DNA from: Trichodesmium erythraeum IMS101
GTDB taxonomy: Bacteria > Cyanobacteriota > Cyanobacteriia > Cyanobacteriales > Microcoleaceae
Direction of reading: 5' to 3'
Assembly: GCF_000014265.1 (NCBI RefSeq)
Contig: NC_008312.1
Location: 5,610,001 to 5,642,000 of the forward strand
DNA: 32,000 bases
The notes below the pieces were generated by a model. The model worked only from the letters and a program-made list of their open reading frames with translations, had not been told where the DNA came from and searched no databases. The stretch's first letter is position 1; every line of letters starts with the position of its first letter. The translations under genes and the position numbers were made by a program. Below are positions 1-10,940 of the stretch, piece after piece.

Positions 1-15
1 TGAATCATTGTTTAT

Positions 16-47
16 ACAGAGGTAATGCCGTCCCTCTGTGTTTTTCT
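16..47 (+). terminator. Intrinsic-terminator-like hairpin, probably for a + strand gene ending upstream of the window
   Basis: 7-bp stem ACAGAGG (16-22) / CCTCTGT (33-39) with a 10-nt loop, followed by GTTTTTCT. Confidence 0.4.
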
Positions 48-375
48 AAAACATTATAGCTTTTATTCCTCGGTTCCTTTACAGGAAAACATGGAATTTA
101 TGGCCTAGATCTTAAAAATGAGTTAGCTAGTAAGAAGGAAAAATACTTTCTTACATAACTACCTTCAGCAAGTATTTTGAGGCATTTTGTTCACTTTCTC
201 ATTATTTCCTTAATAGTTTGTAATATTTCCACAGAAATTTCTAGTTTTTCGGGCCAAAAATCTCATAATAACTTGACATATGACAAATATTCAAAAACTA
301 TTGGTAATATATGCCCTTTTTATTTCATTGGAGGGGGCAGACAAAAGGTCATAGGCCTACTGGTAAGTCAAAACT

Positions 376-1146
376 TATAGTTGTTTGAATTAAGATTGAG
401 ACAAAAATTGAGTAGAATAATTTTAAGTCAACTAGAAACTATTTTTCATCATACCTTACAGTTTAGACTTCAGACAAAAAGTCATAAATTTTGTATAAAA
501 TGGTGGTAAGATTACTGTAGTAGCTCATTTATTTGGAATAGGAGGAGCTTCGATATATAGATGGTTATCTCGCCCAAAATTGTCAGCAACTAAGGTAAAA
601 TGTTGTCGAAGAAAATTAGATTGGAAAGAATTAGAAAAAGATGTTAAACCAAATCCAGAGTTTAAATTGGCAGACAGAGCTAAAAAAATTGGAGTTAATC
701 AACCAGCTATATTTTATGCTTTGAAAAGAATTAAATTTCCTTGAAAAAAACAACTTCGTTATCGGGAAATAAATAGATGAGAAAGGATAAAATATTATCA
801 GCTTTCCCTCTAAATTTTATCAAAAAATCTAGAAGTAAAAGCTTTGTATTTATAAATAAATCAGGATTTGAAGATAATCAAGACTGTATTTATACCTGGT
901 CAAAAAAAGGGAAAAAAGTTTATGGCGAGCAAGAGGAAAAACGAGGTAAGAGAGAAAATTTAGTAGCCGGGAGAAGAAAAAAGGAAAAAGATTTAATAGC
1001 ACTAATTAGATTTAAATGATCCCTAAATACCGTGGTATTTGAAAAATGGTTAGAGCAACATTTATTACTACCATTAACAATTCCTAGTGTACTAATTATG
1101 GATAATTTACCAGTTCACAGAAAAAACCTTATTAGAGAAAGTGCTG
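376..1146 (+). pseudogene. IS630/Tc1-mariner-family element relic, copy 1. It is 3'-truncated and the transposase frame is broken by many stops and frameshifts.
   Basis: About 770 bp align by eye with 3891-4640, starting at the same TATAGTTGTTT(G/T)AATTAAGATTGAGAC end. Translated fragments are typical of an IS630 transposase: YRWLSRPKL, FGVNQPAIFYALKRIK, CIYTWSKKGKKVYG, NTVVFEKWLEQHLL, SVLIMDNLPVH (second D of the DDE triad). ORF 777-1019 is one fragment of it. Confidence 0.7.
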
Positions 1147-1571
1147 ATTAATTTTTTTAGTCATAAAAATCTCAAAATTCCTAGGGGTAAGAATTAGAGT
1201 TCGAGACAGTATCTCAAATTTGTACCTCAATAAATAATAAGTAGTTGACAAAGATTTAGCAATTGCTGTATATTTGAGGTGTTAGGTATAATATATGAAA
1301 CTCATCTCTACTTAAGGTTTAGAAAATTTATACCAATGTCAAGTAATTGCAAAAAATATCATTTGGTTTATTCTATCCAGGTAAAATTTTTTTATTAGAG
1401 GGTAAATTCAATTAAAAGAATAATGAAAACCTATACATATATCATCTAGTAACTAAGCAAGGTTGATACTGATAACTAATAAATGAAATGACTAAGTTGA
1501 AGTCAAAGGTAAAAAGTAAGATATGAAAAAAAAGTCAGGTATCTTGCTTCCCAAACTTCTGTTGATAGATC

Positions 1572-1606
1572 AAAAAAACGCGAGGTAAAATTAACCACTC
1601 GCGTTT
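1572..1606 (-). terminator. Rho-independent terminator on the minus strand, about 380 nt downstream of the prk stop
   Basis: Minus strand reads AAACGCGAG-13 nt loop-CTCGCGTTT followed by further Ts (7-nt A run on plus at 1572-1578). The GC core CGCGAG/CTCGCG lies at 1579-1584 and 1598-1603. Confidence 0.55.
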
Positions 1607-1841
1607 ATGAAATTCACAATAGATTAAAACCTCATTGTTAGACTTTGTAATACTTTTGATATCTTCCCCAGTTGGAACGGAGGGTGTGAGCTTTATCATA
1701 ATTATATGTAACCGAAGCTCAAGGGCGGGTTGAAGTTTTACAGAATGCTGCAATTAAACTCATGCAGCAAGACTTGATACTAATCTTACCCTTACTTCCA
1801 CGTCTTTTTTTTTATTTCAGACTGCCCGCCCGCGACTAATT
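1572..1841 (-). ncRNA. Candidate structured non-coding transcript of about 270 nt. It could instead be a long structured prk 3' UTR.
   Basis: Bounded by the extended -10 element and the intrinsic terminator. It has no credible ORF. A GGGCGGG/CCCGCCC long-range pair (1825-1834 vs 1723-1729) and an internal hairpin GCTGCA/TGCAGC (1747-1768) sit in otherwise very AT-rich DNA. Confidence 0.3.
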
Positions 1842-1847
1842 AAGTAT

Positions 1848-1856
1848 ATTATAACA
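1848..1856 (-). promoter_or_regulatory. Extended -10 promoter element TGTTATAAT on the minus strand
   Basis: Plus strand ATTATAACA at 1848-1856 is the reverse complement of TGnTATAAT. It lies downstream of the prk stop and upstream of the 1572-1606 terminator. Confidence 0.3.
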
Positions 1857-1982
1857 TATTTATTCAAAAAAAATAACTAAAAAGTCGCCGGCTTATGGGG
1901 GAAGCTTTAAACCCAATTCTTCGGTAACTGATACTAGATATCCGATCTAGAGCCAAGAAATCAAAAATTTACTCCAAGATAT

Positions 1983-2993
1983 TTAGGAAACTGCTGCTAC
2001 TACCTTTTCATCTAAAGTTGTAGCAGTCAAGCTTTCATAAGTTGCACGCATTTTCAGACCAACTAAAACTTGGAATAGCCCACTACCATTATTAGAACCT
2101 GGATAGTCTTGATGTTTCATCATTGCATGAGTCATTTCACCATAGTATTTAGTAGAAGTATTGCTGAGATGTCCTTCAACGTAGATCATCTCTTCGAGGT
2201 TATCAAAGTTACCATCTACTTCTAATATAGAAACTTCATTGCCATCATAGGAGTCTGGCCCATAGAACATCTTAATTCCAGGATAAGAGCAAGTAAGTTT
2301 TCGTCCACAAGGAATCCAGTTAATAGTAGATCCTTCATCAAACAGATAAACTGGATCGAAATTTTTGACTCCTTCACGTTGAATCAAGCGTACCCGTAGA
2401 ACCTTATGTTCCTGGTCATTAGGAATCAGCTTAGTGGGCAAAACTTGAATGACCACATCTGCATGAACTTTTTGTGGATCAATATAGGATTCAAAGTCGG
2501 GACGACGGGCATTAATAGAAGCTAGAACATCTTCGTAACGGTGGCCTCTTTCTGCTAGATCGCGCTTGATTTTCCAAGCAATTTTAACTTCATCACCAAT
2601 ATCTAGATAGACACTAAAATCAATGAGCTCTCGTACACGCTCATCATAGAGAGGATGAAGGCCCTCAATTACTATAATATGATTAGGATGAATTTTTTCT
2701 GGTGGGTCAATCATGCCAGTTTCGTGGTTATAAATTGGCTTATCGATGGACTCAAGATTTTTAAGAGCTTTAATTTGCTCGTACATGAGGTCAAAATTAT
2801 TAGCTCTTGGATCCAGGGCAGTAATTCCTGTTTCCTTACGTTGCTTACGGTCTAGACTATGATAATCGTCCAGGCAGATAACTGTAACGAATTCTGGTCC
2901 AAATACATCTGTAATTCGGCGCAAAAAAGTAGATTTTCCGCATCCAGAATCTCCGGCAACTCCAATTAAGACTACTTTATCTGGTTTTTTCAC
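1983..2993 (-). CDS. prk: Phosphoribulokinase
   Basis: 336-aa ORF. It has the P-loop VLIGVAGDSGCGKSTF and blocks I recognise from cyanobacterial Prk over the whole length: VICLDDYHSLDRK, PIYNHETG, EGLHPLYDERVREL, GLFQVLVGLKMRATYE. Confidence 0.96.
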   Translation of the reverse strand: MKKPDKVVLIGVAGDSGCGKSTFLRRITDVFGPEFVTVICLDDYHSLDRKQRKETGITALDPRANNFDLMYEQIKALKNLESIDKPIYNHETGMIDPPEKIHPNHIIVIEGLHPLYDERVRELIDFSVYLDIGDEVKIAWKIKRDLAERGHRYEDVLASINARRPDFESYIDPQKVHADVVIQVLPTKLIPNDQEHKVLRVRLIQREGVKNFDPVYLFDEGSTINWIPCGRKLTCSYPGIKMFYGPDSYDGNEVSILEVDGNFDNLEEMIYVEGHLSNTSTKYYGEMTHAMMKHQDYPGSNNGSGLFQVLVGLKMRATYESLTATTLDEKVVAAVS

Positions 2994-3890
2994 AATAATT
3001 TCCCTTTAAGACAAAACAAAGTTTACTGACATATTCAATGGTTTCTTTCTGGATGAGTCTAGGCTTATTAGTTAGTCCAGGACAAATTCCTCAGTATTTC
3101 TGGAGCCGATATAAAGTATTGTTACCTTTAAGCAAAACTATATTTATAGTTTGAAAATCAATTTCAGCCACTTTTTCAACTAGATCTCCATGATGAGAGA
3201 ATTAAGACTTCCTAGGGAAGTAAGCTTTATTAATAGATAAGTCCAATAAATTTGCTCTACATCAAACGACTTCAGTCAAGAGGGTGACTTTGCTACAGGG
3301 TAAAATTCTGAAACAATCTCCTATCTTTGGAGTCTTGGACAGACCTTGAAGCTATTCACTCTAAGTTTTTATTACTAACTTTTGTAAAACATCATATCAG
3401 AATAGATAGGATCTTCCCTACAAGGATCAAAGAAAATAAAAGCTTTATCTAAAATATATTCTGTAGAAATATGAATGGCAGTCAGAAGGTGTTTTTTTTT
3501 TGTCTTATGTCAAAGAGGCCAAATAATCCTTAATTTTTGACGAAAAAATCAATTAAAGATACATAAGAATATAGATATTAGTTATGAGTTTTCAGATTAC
3601 TATTGAGCCTTTTAAATCATAATTGGGAAATTCAGTACTTTTTAGATGAAGTTGGGGTCTTGATAACTGATTATTTGCAACACATTAGTGACAAAGTCTA
3701 CATTGACTTTTGATCAACTGTTAAGTTAGAAAAACCATGAGAAATGATGACTACTCTGGGCTTTATATGTTATGTAAAGTCGTTATATTTGATTTTATTA
3801 CTTCAAGAATAAATCAATGGCGAGTAGCTCTGGAAGTTAGACAAAAGAATTTTTTTTTGCCAAGAGTCAAAAATACCAGCAAAAGATACT

Positions 3891-4841
3891 TATAGTTGTT
3901 TTAATTAAGATTGAGACAAAAATTGAGTAGAATAATTTTCAGTCAACTAGAAACTATTTTTCACTATTCCTTACAGTTTAGACTTCAGACAAAAAGTCAT
4001 AAATTTTGTAGAAAATCGTGGTATGCTTACCGAAGCATCTCATGTATTTGGGATAAGAATAGCTTCGATATATAGATGGTTATATCGCCCAAAATTGTCA
4101 GCGACTAAGGTAAAAAGTCGTCAAATAAAATTAGATTGACAAGAATTATAAAAAGATGTAAAACTAAATCCATAGTTTAAATTAGCGGACAGAGATAAAA
4201 TTTTTGGAGTTAATCCTACAGCTATATTTTATGCTTATAAAAGCATAAAATATCCTTGAAAAAAAATAAATTCATTATATAAAAATAAATATATAAGAAA
4301 GAATAAAATATTATTAGAAACTACGAAATTTTATCAAAAAAAATTGTAAGCAAAAGCCTTGTATTTATTGGAAATTCAGGGCTTGAAGATTATCAAGACT
4401 GTATTTATGCATGGTCAAAAAAAGGGAAAAAATTTTATGGATAGCAATATATAAAACGAGGTAAAAGAGAAAATATAGTAGCGGTGAGAAGAAAAAATGA
4501 AAAAGATTTAATAGCACCAATTATATTTAAACTAACCCTAAATACCGTGGTATTTGAAAAATGGTTAGAGCAACATTTATTACTATCATTAAAAATTCCT
4601 AGTGTACTAATTATGGATAATTCACCAATTTATAGAAAAAAGGTTATTAAAGAATTAGTATAAGCAGGGAGTCATAAATGACTATTTTTGCCAAAATACT
4701 CTCCTGAATTAAATGACATAGAACATGATTTTAGTGCATTAAAAAGTGCTAGAATGTATTCACCCATCAATACATCTATTGATTAAATTATTCGTAATTA
4801 TTGTGCCAAATAGTGTCTCATTCTTATTTAAAAGAACTATA
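3891..4841 (+). pseudogene. IS630/Tc1-mariner-family element relic, copy 2. Both ends are present and the transposase is decayed.
   Basis: Left end TATAGTTGTTTTAATTAAGATTGAGAC (3891-3917). Right end GTCTCATTCTTATTTAAAAGAACTATA (4815-4841) is its inverted repeat with 3 mismatches in 27. TA dinucleotides sit at both ends. Translated fragments: CIYAWSKKGKKFYG, NTVVFEKWLEQHLL, SVLIMDNSPIY, LFLPKYSPELNDIEHDFSALK (DDE-type C-terminal block), interrupted by stops. Confidence 0.75.
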
Positions 4842-5169
4842 ATTGTTAACAAAAGTAAAATTCTTGTCGGTGAAAAGTTTGTATTCACCAAACAAACAGA
4901 AAAGTCAATAATGACAAATCAAATTGCACTTCGTGTAAAAAATCATAGTAGGATACTATTACATTTATGTTAAAAAAACTCGAACAACTGTATAGCAATT
5001 GAAAAAACTGAAAAATGATCGGTTTGACTTATCCCAATAGTTTTGTCCTATGGGAGATATTTTAATCAGATCATAAAATTAGGAAAACAAAATTTTCAGC
5101 GTTAAACCTATAAAATTTAAAGTTCAAAAGTGCTGGCCATTACTTCATAGTATCTTAAAAAACACTTAA

Positions 5170-6423
<1,254 letters not shown>

Positions 6424-6639
6424 TATCCAAGTGCTCAGGAGTATAATATAATACTTTTGCATTCATAAAAAAACTAAAAAATGAGTGAAGGAAGTCAGCC
6501 TGGGTAGATGATTACCTGTTTTAATCACGGTACATTGTACCGATAGAGATAGAAACGGGTATCGTAATTATGATAACGGCTATCGTAACATTATCTAGAA
6601 AGATTTGCCGACTACACCCATCACTTTAATGGGTGATGT

Positions 6640-7135
6640 CATACAGACCCAAGGTGGATAGCTTTAAGGAGGTTAAATAATAATTATTTGTGATCACAAC
6701 AACAAATTCTGCTAGCATAATGGTTGGTTTAAGTTACTAGAAGATGGGGACAACTTCATCAACTGAAAACATACAGAGAAAGCTTAAATGTCAGCGGTAT
6801 GTTAGCTAACCATAAACTACCCCAGCCAATAGGCTGGGTACAGATAAAGATTTTATGAATTTAGGCCACAGTTTAAATATCAAACTCAATAGTACGGTTC
6901 TAATTTAGTAGTAGTTGACAAGTCTTTTCTGTAATCAAAAACTTGCTCTAAGTCTGATTATTTATAAAGATATACTATTAATTCTGAGAATCTTTAAGGG
7001 CAAAAAATGTGGTATATTTGTTGAGTCTGATCAATCTAAATGCAAGTATAAAGATTTAGAATACGGTCATCTTGACCGTTAATACCTTTGAAGGTTTTAC
7101 TGCTGTACTGACTGATAGAAGCAGTAAGTAAACAT
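6640..7135 (+). pseudogene. Heavily decayed TnpB (IS200/IS605-IS607 accessory, OrfB-type) relic. The 5' boundary is uncertain.
   Basis: Fragments in shifting frames resemble the conserved C-terminal half of TnpB: ESLNVSGMLANHKLPQPIGW (cf. EDLNVKGMLKNHKLAKAISDAGW), VVVDKSFL*SKTCSKS (cf. VDRFFPSSKTCSxCG), LINLNASIKI (cf. DRDLNASINI) and TVNTFEGF...SSK. There are many stops and deletions. Confidence 0.5.
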
Positions 7136-7271
7136 TAAAATGTCACTAATTTTGATGTTTTATATCAGTTTCATGAGCCAGATAAAAATTTCCTAGATAT
7201 TTTTTGTATTTAGGCTAGTGATAAATATCTCAAATTAAATTAATCTAGAATCATAATTTAGGAGAAAAAAA

Positions 7272-7796
7272 ATGAAATTTGGCAATCTTGCTAAAATTGC
7301 TGCTGGTGTTGCTGGTGTTGCTGCTACGGGTTATGGTGTTAAAAAAGCTGTAGACTATTTTAAGAATCGTGATCCAGAAGAATCTGATCCTGATGCAACT
7401 GAAGACGCAGAAGTAGAACTAGAGGAAGATGATATTGCTTTTGCTAATGTGGAAACTGAGTCGGTACAGCCTTTCCTCGACGCCTGTTTTGGTGCTGAAG
7501 GTCGTTATGTTCCTACTCGTCCACCCAAAATGTTTGAATATAAAGAACAACACTATATGGTAATTTGGGCTTACGATAATGAGAAAGAAAAAAATCAATT
7601 GATGGCTTTCCAATATGCTGAGGATGGTCGGCACATGGTTGCTAGCGTAGGATATACTGCTGATGCTACTGACTATAATGTTAATTTGGATGGGACAAAT
7701 TTAGCTGTGGAAATTAGTGGTAATGGGGAACAAATTACATCAGGGCAAGGTGAAACTGATGGTACAGAGGAAGTTGATTTAGTCCCGGTTGGGTAA
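7272..7796 (+). CDS. Hypothetical protein with an N-terminal hydrophobic helix followed by an acidic segment
   Basis: 174-aa ORF preceded by a strong Shine-Dalgarno-like AGGAGA 8 nt upstream of the ATG. The N-terminus is LAKIAAGVAGVAATGYGV. I recognise no family. Confidence 0.65.
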   Translation: MKFGNLAKIAAGVAGVAATGYGVKKAVDYFKNRDPEESDPDATEDAEVELEEDDIAFANVETESVQPFLDACFGAEGRYVPTRPPKMFEYKEQHYMVIWAYDNEKEKNQLMAFQYAEDGRHMVASVGYTADATDYNVNLDGTNLAVEISGNGEQITSGQGETDGTEEVDLVPVG

Positions 7797-7848
7797 CTTT
7801 ATTGTCAAAAATTTAGTAGGTGGCAAACGGTTCCATTTCAATATTTAC

Positions 7849-7928
7849 AGGACTTACGCAAAATATAAAGTGATATACCAAATGTAGATTAAATCTATAC
7901 TAGATACTATGGTTTTGCGTAAGTCCTA
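7849..7928. repeat. Small inverted-repeat (MITE/REP-like) element, copy A
   Basis: Perfect 15-bp terminal inverted repeat AGGACTTACGCAAAA (7849-7863) / TTTTGCGTAAGTCCT (7914-7928) flanking 50 nt. It shares its termini with the element at 12235-12324. Confidence 0.55.
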
Positions 7929-8965
7929 GTTTAGTAACTGTATTTAAGGTTTACTCTCGTTTGTCTTTTTAGGGAGTAGGGATAAATGGGAATTTATAGA
8001 TAAGCTCCTCAGAAGAATTATGCCTAAATTTTGTTGCCCAAGTTTTGCCTAAAGTGCTGACTTATATGAGCTTTTTGGATATATAAGCTAACATTTTTTA
8101 GACTTTCAAGGATAAAGCTTTTATATCTCAATGCTTTAAGAGTTAATCAGTTAGCTCTATTGATACGGCAAAAAAATCTGTTGATTTCAGAACATATTTT
8201 TTTGTCAATATATACTTTTTAGATGTTAATACCATAGGATTATTATTATACTCATATTTTTAACTATTAGACCTCTCCAAAAATAAACAATAAAATCAAT
8301 TAGATTAAATCTGTTCTTTTCAGAGTTATATAATTCCTATGGTTATTATGGGCAAAATGTTGTTAGTACTAGTGTCTAATTGCATAAATTAATATACTTA
8401 TTGAGCTCATAAAAAAGCCTGGAAGTCAAGGAATACCTAAAATTTATATTACTAATTTTGGCAAATAAACACTAGAATATAGGCTTAATTATGTTTCAAT
8501 ACTAAGTTATATTAATGTAACCGGATTTGATATTACTTATCCCTATTGTCTATTTCCTCTTTTCTGGAGTTCTCTATTTAATAACAATTTATTTTGGTTC
8601 TACTAAATATTCAAACTCTTGCTACATCTTCTTGAGATTAGGTGGAGAAGTTGCATGTAACTTCTGTAAAAAATAAGGTTTGACGGAATAAGATATGTTC
8701 AAGCTTTACTTTTTTTTATTAAAAACATTGCTTTCACTTACTTATTATTTAATAACTTCTTTGGTAATTGGCATTATTTAATTAATGTAAACTATCGTCA
8801 AAAGTTCCTAAAAATTAAGTTTTACATGATATAAAATTAAGTGCTATTAATTAGACATAATAAAAATGCTTTTCTAAAAACAAAAATTTATTCTTATTCC
8901 CAGTTATCTAAAATTTTCCCACAGTGGATATTCAAACGGACATGATTATAATACTTCATTATGAT

Positions 8966-9670
8966 TTAGGTAAAGTAAGAATTAAAACAATCTAGAAGAT
9001 TAGCAAACTGATTGATGTCTGGCTGTGAAATAGTGTTTCTATTGAGCCAAAATGCTTCTATGCCTACATTAATTGCACCCTCATAGTCAGCAGTCAAACT
9101 ATCTCCAATATGCAGAGCTTTCTCAATAGTAAAATTACATTTTTGTAAGGCAGCAGTAAAAATTTTCTGATCTGGTTTTGCTGCTCCTACTTCTGTAGAA
9201 ATAGTAATATCAGAAAAAAAATCTGCTAATTTCAATGCTGCTAAGACTGGGTATAGTCGGGAATCAAAATTAGATAAAACTGCTAACTTGATTCCATTTT
9301 CATGCCATTTAGTTAAGGCTGGTTTGACATCAGGATAAACAAACCAAGGGGCACCAGTAGCAAAATAATCGTATAGTTGCCCAAAAAAGCTCCTAAAATT
9401 AGAAAACTGCTCGAATACTCCTACTTTTTTATAAGTTTCGGCAGCGACTTGACACCACCATTCAAATTCTAAGTCTAGTATTTTTGCAGATTCTGCTCCA
9501 GGAAATGCCATCGGTGGCGCTGCTTTAAAACTATCAAAAAAAGCTTGATTAACGGCAGAGGGAGAAACGTCTACTCCCCACTCAATAGCGAATTTTTGAT
9601 AAACTTCGCCTACGGTATCGCGTACACCAAACAAGGTACCGACAGCATCAAACAAAATGATTTTAGTCAT
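8966..9670 (-). CDS. HAD-superfamily hydrolase (subfamily IA, REG-2-like)
   Basis: MTKIILFDAVGTLF (motif I variant), AVLSNFD (motif II) and IGDSLTADYEGA (motif IV). I place the start at the ATG at 9670 rather than the TTG at 9691 in the ORF track, because HAD motif I normally lies within about 10 residues of the N-terminus. Confidence 0.85.
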   Translation of the reverse strand: MTKIILFDAVGTLFGVRDTVGEVYQKFAIEWGVDVSPSAVNQAFFDSFKAAPPMAFPGAESAKILDLEFEWWCQVAAETYKKVGVFEQFSNFRSFFGQLYDYFATGAPWFVYPDVKPALTKWHENGIKLAVLSNFDSRLYPVLAALKLADFFSDITISTEVGAAKPDQKIFTAALQKCNFTIEKALHIGDSLTADYEGAINVGIEAFWLNRNTISQPDINQFANLLDCFNSYFT

Positions 9671-9676
9671 GTTTTC

Positions 9677-9718
9677 AGAAGTAATAAGCAAGAAGTAAGA
9701 AGTAAGAAGTAATAAGAA
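9677..9718. repeat. Heptamer tandem repeat (AGAAGTA)n, STRR-like
   Basis: Three perfect units at 9691-9711, flanked by one perfect unit (9677-9683) and degenerate units (ATAAGCA, ATAAGAA). It lies in the 73-nt spacer between the ndbB stop and the HAD start. Confidence 0.6.
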
Positions 9719-9743
9719 AAAACGAATGAGTTATCAGGAGACC

Positions 9744-10940
9744 TTATAGACCTGATAGTAAATCCTGAATAGGATTAATCATCCAGTTGAAAGCAACTTT
9801 AATCTGATGCTCTAAGGTTGGCAATCTATATAGATAAACTAAACGCCTTGCCATATATGCTATTTGACCATCTAGTTTAATGCCTAAACTGGTAAGGGTG
9901 GCATTATCAAGTCCCAATGCCATCATTTCACCTAATGCTTGATAACGGAATGGTAATAGAGGTCGTCCAGTTAAAGATGCCCAGATATTCCAGGCGACAT
10001 AATCTGATTGTTGTATTGCTACTTGAGCAGTGGTAGGAACTTTTTGCCCATCTGCATCTTGGCAGTCTGCTAAATCTCCAATAGCAAATATTTTCTGATT
10101 GTCTTGCACTTGTAGAGTTGCACTAGTAATAATTTGTTGACGTTCATTTTTTGTTAATGGTAATGACTCCACTACTGGAGCAACTTTTGTACCAACTGTC
10201 CATAAAACGATATCTACGGGGATAGTGTCAACTTGCTCTTGATATTTTAAGGAAATTTGAGTGGCTTCTATTGATTCTACTTCGGTTTCTAAGTCAATCC
10301 AAATATTTTTTTCTGACAATGCTTTAGTAGCACTTTCTCGGTTAAAGTCTGGGGATGTTCCCAATATCATGTTATTGCGTTCGACTAGTCTAATTCTACC
10401 TTTTTCTTGTAAACGGTCTGCTAATTTACAAGCTAGTTCTACTCCACTATAACCACCACCGATAACAGCAATTCTGATTTTCTCACGCTCAGATGCTTCT
10501 AAAACTCGTAATTTTTCTTGAAGACGGTAAGCATCGTTAACTGTCCGGAATGGAATAGCGTATTCGGCAGCACCAGGCACCATTTCTATGGGTGTTTCGC
10601 CTCCCATGGCTAAAACGAGACGATGGTAACTGAATGCTTGACCATTTTCTAGTTCCACTTGTTGTTGGTTGAGGTCTATTCCGGAAACAACACCTTGACA
10701 AAAGTGAATATCAGTGTTTGCTAATAATTCTTCAAATGGTGGAGCAATTTCCCAGGTTTGCAGTTCCCCGGTGACTAGTTCGTATAATAGTGGGGCAAAA
10801 AGAAAGCGATCGCGTTTGTCTATCAAGATTATTTCAGGTTTTTTTGATGACTCCCAGGGAAACTGGATTAAGCGAAGGGCGGTATAAAGTCCGCCAAAAC
10901 CACCACCGAGAATACAAATGCGTTGAGTTTTTTCAGTCAT
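9744..10940 (-). CDS. ndbB: Type-2 NAD(P)H dehydrogenase / FAD-dependent oxidoreductase, NdbB-like
   Basis: 398 aa. It has two dinucleotide-binding motifs (ICILGGGFGG at the N-terminus, AVIGGGYSGVELA mid-protein), FAIGD and a C-terminal RRLVYLYRLPT block. Length and sequence match my recollection of Synechocystis NdbB (slr1743) closely. Confidence 0.85.
   Translation of the reverse strand: MTEKTQRICILGGGFGGLYTALRLIQFPWESSKKPEIILIDKRDRFLFAPLLYELVTGELQTWEIAPPFEELLANTDIHFCQGVVSGIDLNQQQVELENGQAFSYHRLVLAMGGETPIEMVPGAAEYAIPFRTVNDAYRLQEKLRVLEASEREKIRIAVIGGGYSGVELACKLADRLQEKGRIRLVERNNMILGTSPDFNRESATKALSEKNIWIDLETEVESIEATQISLKYQEQVDTIPVDIVLWTVGTKVAPVVESLPLTKNERQQIITSATLQVQDNQKIFAIGDLADCQDADGQKVPTTAQVAIQQSDYVAWNIWASLTGRPLLPFRYQALGEMMALGLDNATLTSLGIKLDGQIAYMARRLVYLYRLPTLEHQIKVAFNWMINPIQDLLSGL

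Noticed and set aside
177-380. 67-aa ORF upstream of IS630 copy 1
   Set aside because: It has a low-complexity, AT-driven composition and runs into the IS end. There is no ribosome-binding site or recognisable motif.
777-1019. 80-aa ORF listed as a separate gene
   Set aside because: It is one surviving frame fragment of the decayed IS630 transposase (CIYTWSKKGKKVYG block), not an independent gene.
1245-1274. Plus-strand sigma70-like promoter TTGACA-N18-TATATT
   Set aside because: The hexamers are good, but nothing recognisable lies downstream on the + strand. Such matches arise easily in DNA this AT-rich. It cannot be supported without transcript data. If real, it would be antisense to the candidate ncRNA.
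1535-1753. 72-aa minus-strand ORF downstream of prk
   Set aside because: It reads straight through a strong intrinsic terminator hairpin and has no start context. The region is better explained as non-coding RNA or a 3' UTR.
2655-2855. Antisense or overlapping short ORFs inside well-supported genes. Others are 6259-6462, 7419-7634, 10261-10452, 12395-12628, 13782-14903, 16070-16255, 18178-18366, 18523-18780, 19111-20132, 24627-25653, 26173-26364, 28751-28972, 30954-31241 and 31520-31756.
   Set aside because: All lie inside or overlap longer ORFs with clear family signatures on the other strand or frame. They have skewed, low-complexity compositions.
4746-4973. 75-aa ORF
   Set aside because: It straddles the right inverted repeat of IS630 copy 2 (4815-4841) and continues into the spacer. 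This is a chance open frame in AT-rich DNA.
7797-8965. 1.2-kb featureless spacer searched for gene relics, RNA genes or repeats
   Set aside because: Apart from the inverted-repeat element at 7849-7928 and a short hairpin (AGAAGTT-6 nt-AACTTCT, near 8647-8666) without a trailing T-tract on either strand, I could not recognise any translated similarity or structured-RNA signature.
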